Below the pieces are notes generated by a model. That model was not told the DNA's origin. It saw only the letters and a list, made by a program, of their open reading frames with translations, and searched no databases. From positions 11,782,001-11,846,000 of the forward strand of contig NC_087437.1 of NCBI RefSeq assembly GCF_036321535.1: a stretch of 64,000 nucleotides of DNA, given 5' to 3'. Within the stretch, counting starts at the first letter, position 1. The number at the start of each line of letters is the position of its first letter. Positions 36,511 to 48,287 of the stretch are shown here, piece after piece. This DNA comes from Camelus dromedarius. Taxonomy: Eukaryota. Made by a program: the position numbers and the translations under genes.

Positions 36511-36969
36511 TGCTGCCCAAGGCAAGTACGTGTGCCCAACGCACCTTGAGGCCAAACAAACTGAGTCATCAGAGTTTGGAGCAGAGAAAGCTTTACTGCA
36601 GGGCTGAGCAAAGAGGATGGGGTGACTCATGCCCAAGAAAACCCTGAACTCCTCGAAGGGTCTGAGCAAAGCTTATTTAACGGCCATGTCGGGGCAGGGG
36701 TCACAGGTACAAGATCAGCTTGTGCACAATTCCCTGATTGGTTTATGCTGAGGGGACAGGGCGGTCAACACTGTCAGTCCCTAGGTGCCGGGTCTGGGGG
36801 TCATGGGTTCTGGATCATCAGGTAGTTAATTTCTCCCTTTGGTGGTGGTTTTAAGCAACTGAACAAGTCAAGAAGTATGCATGAGACACCGTTATCAGAG
36901 AGGAGCTAGAGGAGAGGTTAGCGGGGAGGGGTCTGACCCTGGAAGGCCACAGGGTCCTGCCCGGCTACA
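36511..36969 (-). mobile_element. ERV1 solo LTR (artiodactyl type)
   Basis: TG...CA ends and a perfect 4-bp TSD GTCC (36507-36510 and 36970-36973); GAGTTTGGAGCAGAGAAAGCTTTACTGCAGGG; minus-strand CCAAT at 36737-36741. Confidence 0.88.
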
Positions 36970-38100
36970 GTCCGAGTAGAAGTGAAAGCTTGAGTCCTTC
37001 CAGACTGGGTCTGCGCCAAGGTGTGGCGTGGCCGCTGGGAGCCTGCTCGTGTTTCCCGCTGTTTTCTGAGCTCAGTCCCCTGGCTTTTATGATAATTCTG
37101 GAAGCTACCTAATATCTTTTCAATAGATGCCTTTCTGTTCACGTCATCCAGACTCACTTTCTGATTCTTCCAACTTAGAAGCCTGCGTTGTGTGCCGAGG
37201 GCACCACAGAGCATTTGAGCCCCAGCCCTGAGGATCGGGTGTTCTGAACCACACGCGTGTGGGATGCAGGCTACGCTCCAAAGGAACCCAGGACCCAGCT
37301 CACTCCAAAGCCTCCAGAAAGGCCTGCTTGGCTGCATTAAAGCAACATCTGTATACAGCTGTTTATCCTCAGCGGTGGGGGAGTGAGGTTAGCCCTGTGG
37401 CCGCCCGGCTCCATGATTCACAGAGACTGTCTCACTGGTCTGAGTCATCGGAAACCTCAGGTGGGCTGTGGAGGCCTGGGAAATGTTTGTGGTGTTTTCA
37501 TCCTGGTCTTGCAAAAGGAATATGATCCGTAAACGCTGCCTGCTGGCCTCAAAATACCAAGGAGGCATTAACATAAAATTTTTAAAAAACAATTGAGTGA
37601 ACTAAAGAGGGGATAAGTAGAAGGAAGTGGGGTCCAAAAACCTGTGGTTATTTCATACACAAAGATAAAAAAGGATCAAAGGGCGGGTAGGAGTTTTGCT
37701 GAGACCTTGCAGTGGAAATCAGCAAGGAGCTTTTTATACAAAAAAAGGAAGACAAGTTTCCAAATTAGCAAAAAACAGACGAATCCTTTTCTGAGCTCCT
37801 CGGGAGATCGTTAGCTCATCACAGAGCTTGGCAAACACGGGCAATTTGAATTATCCAGTTGTTTATTGAAGAAGAGTTAAGCAGAGCATGCTTATCTGTT
37901 TTTTAATGTGAAAAAGATGTGGATTTTCAGAATTCTCATGAATAGAAAGGAACTATTGAAAATGTAACCAGGGCAGGCAAATCAGATAATAGAGGTGGAA
38001 ATGGGGTGTGTTTATGACCTTAGCAAGACAAATGAAAACAATTTTAGATTGAATTGAACCTGAGGGATACAGAAGTTCAAGGATTAAAAGGGAAATCGTG

Positions 38101-38238
38101 GGGGGAGTGGGTCAGTGGTAGAGCGTGTGCTTAGCATGCACGAGGTCCTGGGTTCAATCCCAGTGTCTCCATTAAATACAATAGTAATAAATCAATAAAT
38201 CAACCTAATTACCTTTCCCCAGAAAGCAAAAACAAAAA
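38101..38238 (+). mobile_element. tRNA-Ala-derived camelid SINE (vic-1 type) with a perfect 15-bp TSD
   Basis: TCAGTGGTAGAGCGTGTGCTTAGCATGCACGAGGTCCTGGGTTCAATCCC, AACCTAATTACC and an A tail; TSD AAAAGGGAAATCGTG at 38086-38100 and 38239-38253. Confidence 0.95.
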
Positions 38239-38536
38239 AAAAGGGAAATCGTGTGGTTCAGTCAGAGAGAAAAGCCAGCATTTAAAATGTGTATAGATAG
38301 GTAAATCGTGAAGTACACACTCTATAAAGGTAATTCCAGCCAAGCCAAAGACTTCTTTGGTTCTTGAGGTGTAGAAAGTAATTTTATAAAAACTGAAAAC
38401 AAGGACACAATACTTTATGCTCATCCATGGTGCTAGCTTATAATAGTTTATAGTTTCAAGGATTAAGGTTGTGGTGTGGCCAAGTTAGCGAAAACCTGAA
38501 GTTAGTCAGGCCTGAGTCTGAATCCTGGCTCTGGCA

Positions 38537-38945
38537 CCTTATGCTTGCTGCTGTGATGAAGTCCCACTGGCTGAGGGCTTCAAACAGTGGACATTTAGTT
38601 CTCACAGTCCTGGAGGCTGGGACTCTGAGATCAAGGTGGCAACAGGACTGGTTCTTTCTGAGGGCCCCATGGGAAGGTTCTGCTCCAGGCCTTTCTCCTT
38701 GGTCTGTAGACGGCCATCCTCCCCCTGTGTGTTCACACCCCCTGCCCTCTGGGTGCGTCTGTGTTCAGATTCTCCCTTTTGACAACGGCACCGGTCAGAT
38801 GGATTAGGACCCACTCTAATGACCTCACTTTAATTTAATTACTTCATTAAAGACCCTATCTCAAAATGCAACAGTAACATTCTGAGTTACTGGGGGTTAG
38901 GACTTCAACATATGAATTTTTAGGAGACACAATTCAGCCTCTTAA
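38537..38945 (-). mobile_element. MLT1B-type LTR inserted in a MIR (MIR pieces ~38480-38536 and ~38950-39100)
   Basis: TTTAGTTCTCACAGTCCTGGAGGCTGGGACTCTGAGATCAAGGTG...GGGGGTTAGGACTTCAACATATGAATTTTTAGGAGACACAATTCAGCC. Confidence 0.85.
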
Positions 38946-39189
38946 AGTCAGTGTGTTTTCTTGGGCCAGTCACTTAATTCTTCTGAGACATCTCTCTTAT
39001 CTTTAAGACAGGCATAAAAGGCTGTTGTAATATGGGAGGTAAACCTCCCACACCTGGTTGACACGAAGTTAAAAACTAAAAAAAGTCAACAAATGTCACT
39101 GTTATTATTGTAATAAAATATAGCATTAGTGTTACAAGCAGAGAAAAGAAAACTCTCAAATATACATGTATATTTTAAGTAGTCTTCCT

Positions 39190-39377
39190 TTTTTAAATTT
39201 TTATTTATTTTTTAATTGAGGTAGCATTGATTTATAACATATGTTTCATATGGACAATATCATATTTCTATTGCTAGGTCTACAGTTTGCTTATCACTAA
39301 ACATTTAGTTTCCATTCATTACTACACAGTTAATCTTTACCTAGTTCACTCTCCCTTCCTCCTCTTCCCCTTTGGTG
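39190..39377 (-). mobile_element. L1 3'-end fragment
   Basis: TTTTTAATTGAGGTAGCATTGATTTATAACAT...TTTAGTTTCCATTCAT...CTTCCCCTTTGGT. Confidence 0.7.
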
Positions 39378-39750
39378 CAGATAATCTCCCAATTATTCAC
39401 AGATGTAAAGGGAGAAATACTTTTAAATTACATCACTCCAGCACCGTCATTATTCCACAGTACTTTTCTCTGAGCCTCACAAACGAGGTGTCAAATTTCC
39501 TACCCAGATACTGTTTCAGGTAAAAAACAAAACGAAAAGGGCAGTGAAAAGGGAGAGTTAGAGTATACCAAATTTCTTATATACTTGTAACCTACTTTTT
39601 CTAACCACTTTTAAACCAGAGGTTCTGTTGCCAGTGAAGCTGAGAGAAGCCAGCAGGGGGCAGCAAAAAGCCAGGCAGGTGGGCTGGCAGAGGGAGTCTG
39701 GCTTACAGGAGGTGTGGGAGCCATCTTGGCAGGTGTGTCTCCCTCTAGGC

Positions 39751-39935
39751 CAGTGGTCCTCCAGTTTGGCTGCACATTAGAACCACCTGGGAAATGTTTA
39801 AAAACTCCTGATATCCTCATCAAAGTCCAGACAGACTGATCAAACTAGAATTTCTAGAACTGGGAGTCAAGCATCAGTGTTCTTTAAAGAGTTCCTGTTG
39901 TCCTAACATGTAGCCAAGTGCCAGAGGGGTCGCTG
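39751..39935. mobile_element. MER5-type hAT MITE
   Basis: CAGTGGTCCTCCAGTTTGGCTGCACATTAGAACCACCTGGGAAATGTTTAAAAACTCCTGAT. Confidence 0.75.
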
Positions 39936-40494
39936 CTTTGGAAAAGAGGTTACATTGGAGGGGATACTGGGGCTTACGTACCTGTCCAAGAGACCAGGGC
40001 AGCCCTCCCCACTAACTGGATCCCGGAGCACCTTTGACTTACAGATCACTCTTAGGAAGGAGAAAGGTAATTGGGAGAAGGCTCAAGGCAGTGCTTAGGA
40101 ACTTTGCAGAATGAACAGAGGTTTTTAAAGAGTTTTATGGAAGGAGAGTTTATGGATCATAGACTTAAAAGATTATGGAGGGAGGAGAAATTCTGCCTCA
40201 ACTCACCCTGCCTTCCGCTCTTGAGAAGAGTTAGAATATGAATGGGGAGAGTTTAACATGTCTGTGAGGAAAGACAGCTGTGACAATTACATCTGTTTGT
40301 TTAAAGTGTGACGGCCACCTGAGCAGGTCATTGGAAGTGGTGGCATTTGGAACTCATTGGTCAACCTTTTTTTTTTTTCCTGCTGAGACTCAAATAATAT
40401 TGGCATTTTTCAAGCCCTGTCATCCAGGCATTTTAATAAATAATGCATTACGAAGTCCTGAGAGTTGTCAGAGCAGAGACATGTCTCTCTGAAG

Positions 40495-40653
40495 CAGCGA
40501 TTCTCAAAATGCAGTGTCGGCCAGGTTTGTCGGCACACAGGTAGCTGGGCCCCTGGGGTTTCTAATTCAGAGGGGCTTATGAATTTGCTTCTTTCTGAAG
40601 TTCCCAAGTGATGCCAGTGCTGCCGGTCTGGGGACCACACTTGGAGAACCACT
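40495..40653. mobile_element. MER5A-type hAT MITE
   Basis: Terminal inverted repeats CAGCGATTCTCAAA...TTGGAGAACCACTG; GTTCCCAAGTGATGCCAGTGCTGCCGGTCTGGGGACCACAC. Confidence 0.8.
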
Positions 40654-40727
40654 GCTTCAAAGGGAAACATTGTTATCATTCCGTGAAGAGGATAGTTCAT
40701 GTGGAGGCACCTGGAGAATGCTTAGCT

Positions 40728-40897
40728 CAGAGACGTCAACTCTGTACACTGGACTCACCTGGGAAGGAGTAAGAATACTGATGTCTGGGTCCCACCCCCA
40801 AAGATTCTGTTAGAGTTGACCTGGCAAGCGGCCTGGGCATCTGGATTTTTCAATCTGCAGGCGACTCAAATCTGCAGCCAGGGTTGAGACCCATTCG
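40728..40897. mobile_element. MER5-type hAT MITE
   Basis: GGACTCACCTGGG...AATACTGATGTCTGGGTCCCACCCCCAAAGATTCTG...GCAGCCAGGGTTGAGACCCAT. Confidence 0.7.
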
Positions 40898-41399
40898 CTA
40901 GCCAGCAACATCCTGGCCCTAGCTGGTCTTTCCCTGTGTGTCTGGACAGCCTCAGAGGTGATGCGGTCAAGACGATGAGTGGTCCCAGCTGACATCTGTC
41001 AAATGCTTTTTTTGGGGGGATCTGCACAGTTTGAAGCACTTCATGTGGATTATCTCATTTAGACTTTGGGCTAAGAGATGTGTTACCCATGACCCAGACA
41101 GGAATAGTGTCTAGGCCCCATGGCTCTGCGCAAATTAGTAGCAATGGTTGAGACTCGGCAAAAAAATATTGGCTCCAAAACACAAAAGAAAAACTGAAAA
41201 ATTGAAATTAATATGAATCATTTTGATAATAAACAATAAAATGCTGTAAAATACTTTTAAAACAATTACTTATATTTAATGAGAGTGAGTACTTTTGAAA
41301 AAATATACTTACGGTTTCGTAAAGTCAGACTCTCAAAGGGCTAGTGCCTGTTAATGTCTTCAAATGGCCCTGCTCACCAGAACTTTACGTGATAGAAAT

Positions 41400-41520
41400 T
41401 ATTATTAATGCCACTTTATAGCAGACACCCTTGAGGCACAGAGGATTTAAGTAATTTGCTTTAAGTCACACAGCTAAGTAGAGGGCAAAGAAAGAACTCA
41501 GACACTTTGACTTTGTCAGT
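41400..41520 (-). mobile_element. MIR core
   Basis: CCACTTTATAG...TGAGGCACAGAGGATTTAAGTAATTTGCTTTAAGTCACACAGCTAAGTAG. Confidence 0.7.
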
Positions 41521-41550
41521 CAATGTAATGCAATGTACCCACCCCTTCAA

Positions 41551-41608
<58 letters not shown>

Positions 41609-41612
41609 ACAC
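41551..41612. repeat. Interrupted (CA)n microsatellite
   Basis: Directly visible CA run with two interruptions. Confidence 0.95.
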
Positions 41613-42344
41613 GCCTTTTGAAAAAATTGCCCAGGGAAGTTATAAAGGAATTGCGATTTGCGGCTGTTTTAAAGCCTTTCTGAGACCCTGTGGCTCGGTA
41701 AACGATCTGGCCTGAGTTCAGCAGGCAGCTGACAGCAGCTCCGCAGGAAGGTCCTGCAGGCTTTGTGGCAATGACACCCCAGGAGGTGAGCCATGTGGCA
41801 GCCCCGCATCAAGACCACTGATTCACAATCTTGGTCGACAGCACAGGTCTTAAATATTGCCTAAAAAGAGGAAAAGGTTAGAAAAGTATTCAGAAGACTC
41901 CTTTGACTCACTCTAAAATTATAAGCCCTTGAGCATTATGTAGAATTTGATCCCCTTGCTTTAAAAAAAAAAAAAAAAGAAAAAGAAAAAGAAACCAGAA
42001 ATGGGACCGGCAACCCTGGGCGCCTTGGCCATCCTCCGGCAGGTACCAGGGGACCAGGATGGGCAGGCAGCCCTGAGGACTCCGGGGCTCTGGGAATGAC
42101 GCCTCCTGGCGTTTTCCACAAGACCAATGCCAGAGAAGAGATGCGCTCTGTTTCCCCTGCAGAGGTTTTTGCAGGATGCCCTGAACCTTGACATAGTGTT
42201 GGACACCACATATGCCCACACAGCAGGGAAAGAGGAGGGAATGCTAGGCTGATGGCTTAGCAGACAAATATTTACTTAAAAAATTGTCACCCTCTGGCTT
42301 GGAAACTGATCATCACGCCTGAGTTTGGGATTCTTTCTCCTCTT

Positions 42345-42358
42345 CTGCCATCTGGTGG
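42345..42358 (-). promoter_or_regulatory. Candidate CTCF site
   Basis: Minus strand CCACCAGATGGCAG matches CCASYAGRKGGCRS exactly, in non-repeat sequence. Confidence 0.55.
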
Positions 42359-42869
42359 TGCTTCTGACACACATGTCCCCTCAACTGTCCCGGACCCCAG
42401 CTGTTCTTTTCTACGGCATTTGTTTCGTTTTCCAGGTCATTATCAGACCAATCATCAAGGCACGTTCTAAGGAAATGTGAACATTTTTATTTGGTGTTCA
42501 GGTCAGGGTGATAGCTTATGATTGTTTTTATATACCAGAGAGTTTTATTTCTGCTAAATATTTTGCTTCTAAAATTTGAGCAATTATGCAACATTGTTAA
42601 ATAATAGGACTATGAAGATGTACAAATCTACACTTTAAACAGAAGAGAAAATCAAGACATGCAACTCTATTAAACTGTGATATTTATTTAAACCTATGAA
42701 ACACTAGTTGCTGTGGTATCAGGTACTGAAAGAAAAAATACTGTATAAAAAATTGCCTTTTGAAATGACTACTCGACTGCAGCTCATGACTGATTTTCTA
42801 GTGTCATTAGGTTGTTGCCACTATTACACTTGGAGTTAATGAAAATCAATTCAGATTCATTCACATTGT

Positions 42870-43300
42870 TAAAAGTTAAATTAAATCCATTTCTCAAATA
42901 ATCTGAGATTTAAAAAAAAATCCCTTTACCAACCTTGGAGATTTTATGTAAAATTCCAGATCTCTACCTTCTCTGAAGAAATAAGAAAATTTGGCACATG
43001 TTAGCCCATTCCTGCAGCTGCCACCTTCTCCGCAATGGCTGCATCTATAGGGCTTCAGGGTTAGGGATCCAGGGCAGGGTCATCCCTCTTCCTCCTTTAA
43101 TACGAACTGACAAGTACGCTTTCCCCTCGAACCCAGGTCAAGTCACAGAGCAGCGGAGGAAAACCTCATCATAGAAAGAATCAGACACAAAATTATAAGT
43201 AATGAATAAAGAGACTTCCTATCACTGTGTCCATGTCTTCGAGTGAAACCAGCAATTAAAACATGAAAAATAGAGAAATGAAATGCACGCTTTGGAAGTG
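42870..43300. mobile_element. MER102-like hAT fossil
   Basis: AAAATTCCAGATCTCTACCTTCTCTGAAGAAATAAGAAAATTTGGCACATGTTAGCCCATTCCTGCA resembles the recalled MER102 consensus. Confidence 0.4.
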
Positions 43301-44062
43301 TTAACTGAATGTTTTGATTTACTGAATGTCAACATGTAATTAAGTCAATGGCAACCAGTACACATAAGAAGCCTGAACATGATTTGTGGTTTAAAGGCTA
43401 CAGTGAATAATTTTCAAGGCTTGAAAATTAGTTTGAAAATTCTTGGTTGAAAAGTGTTTTAGAATATTGATGTTGTTAGTCAAAAATTGATTGAAATGCT
43501 TGAAAACTATGCCTGCCAAAAGAAAACTGAACGTAATTTGTTGATTAAAGGATACAGTGAATACTGAAGGCTTGAACATTGTCAGTTTTACCTTATGTGT
43601 ATCATTTTTACCTACGCTGAATTCCCAGCTCACCTTCACAGTCCTATTTGTGTAGATGGAATGAAAAAAAAAATCGAAGCTTCCTGAAGCTTTTCATGGA
43701 TTTGGAGTAATTGGTACCACTGTTCTTACTGTATAATATATTTTTGTAATGCCTACTCCAAAGCTCCTAGCTTCTAAAGCAAAAGCTATTTCTTCAAGCT
43801 GACAGCCAGGCTACTGTTTTGTAATATAATTTTAGAACTAGAAAACATCAAAAAAAAAAAAAATCATCTACCCCACCACAAGAAACAGGAGCAGAGAAGA
43901 GTCTTGATTTGTCCAAGGTCAGAGCTGGGGAAAAGAGATGAAATGCAGTCGAGGTTTGTGGCCTCTCCTTCCAGGTTCACCGCCCTTTACAGTTTTAAAG
44001 GAATTCTGGGCGTAATCAACAAAGTAAATTTCATCATTTACATTAATACTAAGTCAACTTCT

Positions 44063-44155
44063 TTTTCTGTTGTTTTTTAACTTTTTTTTTTTTGAGTTAT
44101 AGTCATTTTACAATGTTGTGTCAAATTCCAGTGTACAGCACACTTTTTCAGTTAT
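44063..44155 (-). mobile_element. Extremely 5'-truncated young L1 tail
   Basis: Poly-T, then TTGAGTTATAGTCATTTTACAATGTTGTGTCAAATTCCAGTGTACAGCA; TSD GTCAACTTCT/GTCAGCTTCT (44053-44062 and 44156-44165). Confidence 0.85.
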
Positions 44156-45399
44156 GTCAGCTTCTAAAACTGGTCCATTTTCTCATGAAGCCACTTGGTG
44201 GTCACATTTTGCTGTGATTTATAAACTGGTTCAGTAAGGTACCGGCACTGGGCAGGTCAGGAGGATGGCAGAAACTCTCCTCTAAGAGGGTAACTCCAGG
44301 ATTCCCCAGCTTTGATGTCTTTGAATGAACTACTGGATCCAGAGATCCCAGGCACCTCCCTGGTGAATTCCCCTGGTGCTGCAGCCTCCTTCTGGATGGT
44401 GTGCAGAAGGCACCAGGCTGGAGGCCAGGATCCTCTGGGAGACTCACGGCCGGGAGCCGGGACAGGGGACATGCCTGACTCCGAGATCCCCAGGGTGGCC
44501 AGTATCTAAGGATAAAATGTGGTATTGAATACGGGTTATTTTAATATGTGTCTAACTTTTTATTTTAAAATTGCCTTTTTCATCTGGTGTCCAAAAACAA
44601 TTTCAAGTGAGGATTTTCCAAGTCTCTGGGCTGTGGATTGAGATCGGGGACAGTTTGAGGCTGCGAGTTATTTTTTTCACCAGAGCTAACTAAGCCATTG
44701 GTTTCCACGTGTATTTTTGACACCGTGTTCAGAAATGATATCTTTAAAAATAAAACGTTAAATTGCTTGCCCACTTTCTCACCAGCTGATTGTTTTTCAG
44801 CAGATGACTTTGGCTTTTAGCTGTGAATTTAATGTACTTGAAAGTCGAAAGTAATCCTTTAGAAAATACACACAGCTCAGTCAAATATATTTGCTCATAA
44901 AAACTTCTGCCTCTTCTGTAAGCACTGAACCAGAGACAGGTACATTCTCATTGCTTGTCACGAAAAACACTCATGTAAAACTGCCTGTAGCTGTTGGAGT
45001 TTAGACCTACATACAATGGAGCTTTTGTTCAGCAGTTTTACTTTAATCTGAATGTGCAAAGACTTTCAGCAACTGTTCTTTATGGGCCTACATGCCACAT
45101 AATGTTGACAAAACAGCATTTTATTGACATGTAAAAAGCCTTTCCAGTCAAACAAGTAGGCAGAGCGAACTATTTTTCCTCCTAATATGAATATGAATCT
45201 TGTGCCTCCTGGTTCAGGTGTTTTGAAACCTTCGAGGGGGTGGATTGCCCTGTGCTTTATGTAAAATGTACCCAGTTTGGTGCTGCAGCCTGTCCTCTGC
45301 ATGTGATGCAGGAGTGCATTCATCCCCACCCCATCCCATCCCACTGCCCTCTTTAAAAAGAAAAAACTCAGAGCCATTTCCCCATTATGGAAGTTGGGT

Positions 45400-45690
45400 T
45401 GATTGCCCTAGATCTAGAAACTCAGAGGACACTTGTGAGAGCCAGCTATCATGTAAGATGTCTAACCATGTTGAGACCATCCCACTGGAGAAGACCCTTG
45501 TCGGCTCCCTGGCTGACAGCCCGGCTCAGCCCCAGCCAACAGCCAGCATCAACTGCCAGCCGTGTGGGTGCGCCATCTTGGATGTCCGGCTCCTTGGAGC
45601 TCTAAGAAGACTGCAGGACCAGAAGTCATCTACTGCAACCCCATGAGAAATTCCAGGTAAGACTTGCCCAACTCAGCATTTTGCCCAGAG
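45400..45690 (+). mobile_element. MLT1H-like LTR fragment
   Basis: GACAGCCCGGCTCAGCCCCAGCCAACAGCCAGCATCAACTGCCAGCCGTGTGGGTGCGCCATCTTGGATGTCC. Confidence 0.75.
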
Positions 45691-46184
45691 AGAATTCTGT
45701 AAGACTGCTAGACAGGATACTAGTTAACAGTTGGTGAAGGATCCAGGGGGCGCTGATGTTAGTGGTAGAAATATTTAGATCTTATAAATCCATAATAATC
45801 TCACATGTAACTCTTACATTTCTTTTAAAGGCAAAATCAGTGAGACTCTCCCTCCCACCCAAATTTTCCATCTATCTCTTTTCCTGTTTGCCCATAACCT
45901 CTATCAAAGTGCCTGCTGTCATTGTGTGACTCTGGCTTTTCTTTGAAGCTCACTCCAACTGAATTGTCACATGAATGTTTGTGAGAATGCAAGTGCCCTG
46001 CTGTCCCCACACAACCCTGGGCTTGACATCACCATTATGTCTGCATTTCTCTTTTACTTGCCTCACTTCTTGGGTTTGAATCCACTCCCAGGCCTCTTTG
46101 CTGTTCAGTGATACTTTCCCTTCCCATTTCTTTTCCAAATGTATTTCTCTTTTTTTCAAAACTACCAATCCCACCCCCTCCCTT

Positions 46185-46440
46185 TTATTTTTTACTTCTT
46201 GAAAAAATTTATTGTTTATTGAAGTGTAGTTGATTTACAATGTTAGTTTCAGGTGTACAGCAAAGCAGTTCAGTTATACATATACAGACATATATATTTT
46301 TTCTTTTTAGATTATTTTCTATTACATGTTAGAAAATTGAATATAATTCTCTGTGCTAGACAGTAAGTCCTTGTTGTTTATTTATTTTATATGTAGTAAT
46401 GTGCATCTGTTAATCCCAAACTCCTAATTTATCCCTCCCT
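46185..46440 (-). mobile_element. Short L1 3'-end insertion
   Basis: TTTATTGAAGTGTAGTTGATTTACAATGTTAGTTTCAGGTGTACAGCAAAG...CCCAAACTCCTAATTTATCCCTCC. Confidence 0.88.
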
Positions 46441-46997
46441 TTTAAACTGCATCAACTATGGACATTCAATTGTGAAGAAATTTACACAATGATAATTATG
46501 GAGAACGCCTAGAAAGAGAGAAAGAACTTAAAATTATTTAGTCTGAAAAAAGTATTGTTTAGAAAATTTTACATACATGAAATAGAAAGCAATTGACTTT
46601 AGTCACATAATAAGATGGATGCAGCTAAGTGAAAGGCAAGATGTGAGGGGTGATTCTTTGTGCTGATTCACAAGCATCAAGCATAGAGCTAGGCATACAC
46701 AGTAGTTGCTCAATAAAAACTTGTCAACTAAAAGCCAGTGATGCAGTGTCAAGACCATTCACATAGCTGAAGTAGTGATACATGCTATTGCTGCAGAAAT
46801 TGGAGGTCTAACGTGGGAGCTGGACCACCAGAATTATTTCACTGCCATTATTTAGATATACTTGGAAAAGATGGCCACAGGCAAGTTTATCCAGAACAAA
46901 GCTTGGCTGTGGTCATTCCTGTGTCATATGTCTTCTTTCTCATTTCTAGACACACTCAGAGATATTTTAATATGGACAACTCTTCAAGTGCCCCCTC

Positions 46998-47023
46998 CAC
47001 ACACACACACACACACACACACA
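46998..47023. repeat. (CA)n microsatellite
   Basis: Directly visible. Confidence 0.95.
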
Positions 47024-47790
47024 GCCTTCAAGATCCCAAGGAGTTCACTGATTTTGTGTGTTGGGTTTAGGGTGTCACGACAGGCAGGGAGTGGCAAGGG
47101 GCTGGGATGAGTTTTTTAAGGTGGTGGGAATTTCTGGCACCCCTCAAATCACACCACACTGGATATTAACTTCTCTGCTACGTCATATTATCATCTTGAA
47201 CAAGTGCATTTGGTTTCAAAAGGAGGGAGACTGAGGAGTGGTTTAGATGAGTGTGTGTGACTCTGTTTGTAGACACCTGGAAGCACTCCCTCCTTATATG
47301 AGGGAGAACCGGTGCCATCTCAGGGGGTCCCAGCAAAGCAGAACCATGGAGTGAATAAAATGAAACAGAATGGCCTGGAGACGGCTGGTCTCAGGCTGCA
47401 GCTTCCTTGTGCCACCTGCCAAGTCAGGAACCTCATTCAACCATTGTAGGGCTTATTTTTTTAACCTTTAAACCAAAGGTGACGATTGTGAAATTTCAAA
47501 TCAGTTACAAATGAAATGCTACCACATAGTGGGACGTCAAGATACACCCTTCGCCTGGTGCATGGTCAAGGGAATCTCGATTCTGCGATTCTGAGACTCT
47601 GTAATGGGTATGAACCGAATATAAGCATTTACCCTAAATTTTTACATAAAGCTCGTTATTCCCTTTAAATTTGTAAACTATACATGATACACAAGAATAG
47701 AATACATCTTTTATTTTATTCACTTCTTACTTCCTTTCAAGGTTTAGTTTATATTTTTAATGAGTGCCCAATTCTTAAGTTCATAATTTT

Positions 47791-48287
47791 GCTTACTGAG
47801 TCCAAACTTGTTCTGCTCACCACATGAAAGGCTGATAAATCAGGAGATGAGGTGTTGGGGCAAGGAATAACGACTTTATTCAGAAAGCCAGCGGACCCAG
47901 AAGATAGGGGACTAATGTCCTGGAGAACCATCTTACCCAAGTCAGAATTCAGGCTCTTTTATAACAAAAAGGGGAGAGGGTATGGTTGGTGGCGAAATTC
48001 TTTGTTTGCAGCTGTCCACGAGATCAGGTCAGATGTTCCTGTAAACCTCCAACAAGACAAATGTTATTCTCTGTTCTGCAACTTTTTATCCCTATATGAA
48101 TGAAAAAGTGTTACATCCATAAAGGTCAGAGCCTTGAGAATGGGCTGTCCTGTGTATTTCAGGCTGTGGGGAACATGTTTTTACAAAAAGTGCAGAACCT
48201 GCATGACTCAGCACAGGAAACAGAGCGCAGGGTTAGAGACAAAGGAACAGATCTGATGTGGAGTCAGGTTTGTTCTTCTCTATTACA
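47791..48287 (-). mobile_element. ERV1 solo LTR (artiodactyl type) inserted in an L1ME fragment (~47710-48550)
   Basis: TTACTGAGTCCAAACTTGTTCTGCTCACC...GGAGATGAGGTGTTGGGGCAAGGAATAACGACTTTATT (minus-strand AATAAA at 47875-47880)...GAGTCAGGTTTGTTCTTCTCTATTACA. Confidence 0.8.

Noticed and set aside
41963..42240. A-rich tract next to GC-rich sequence as a processed-pseudogene tail
   Set aside because: No TSD, no poly(A) signal in the right position, and no recognisable parent mRNA
44285..44375. Cluster of NF-kB-like sites
   Set aside because: Each site has at least one mismatch to GGGRNNYYCC, so they cannot be distinguished from chance in GC-rich DNA
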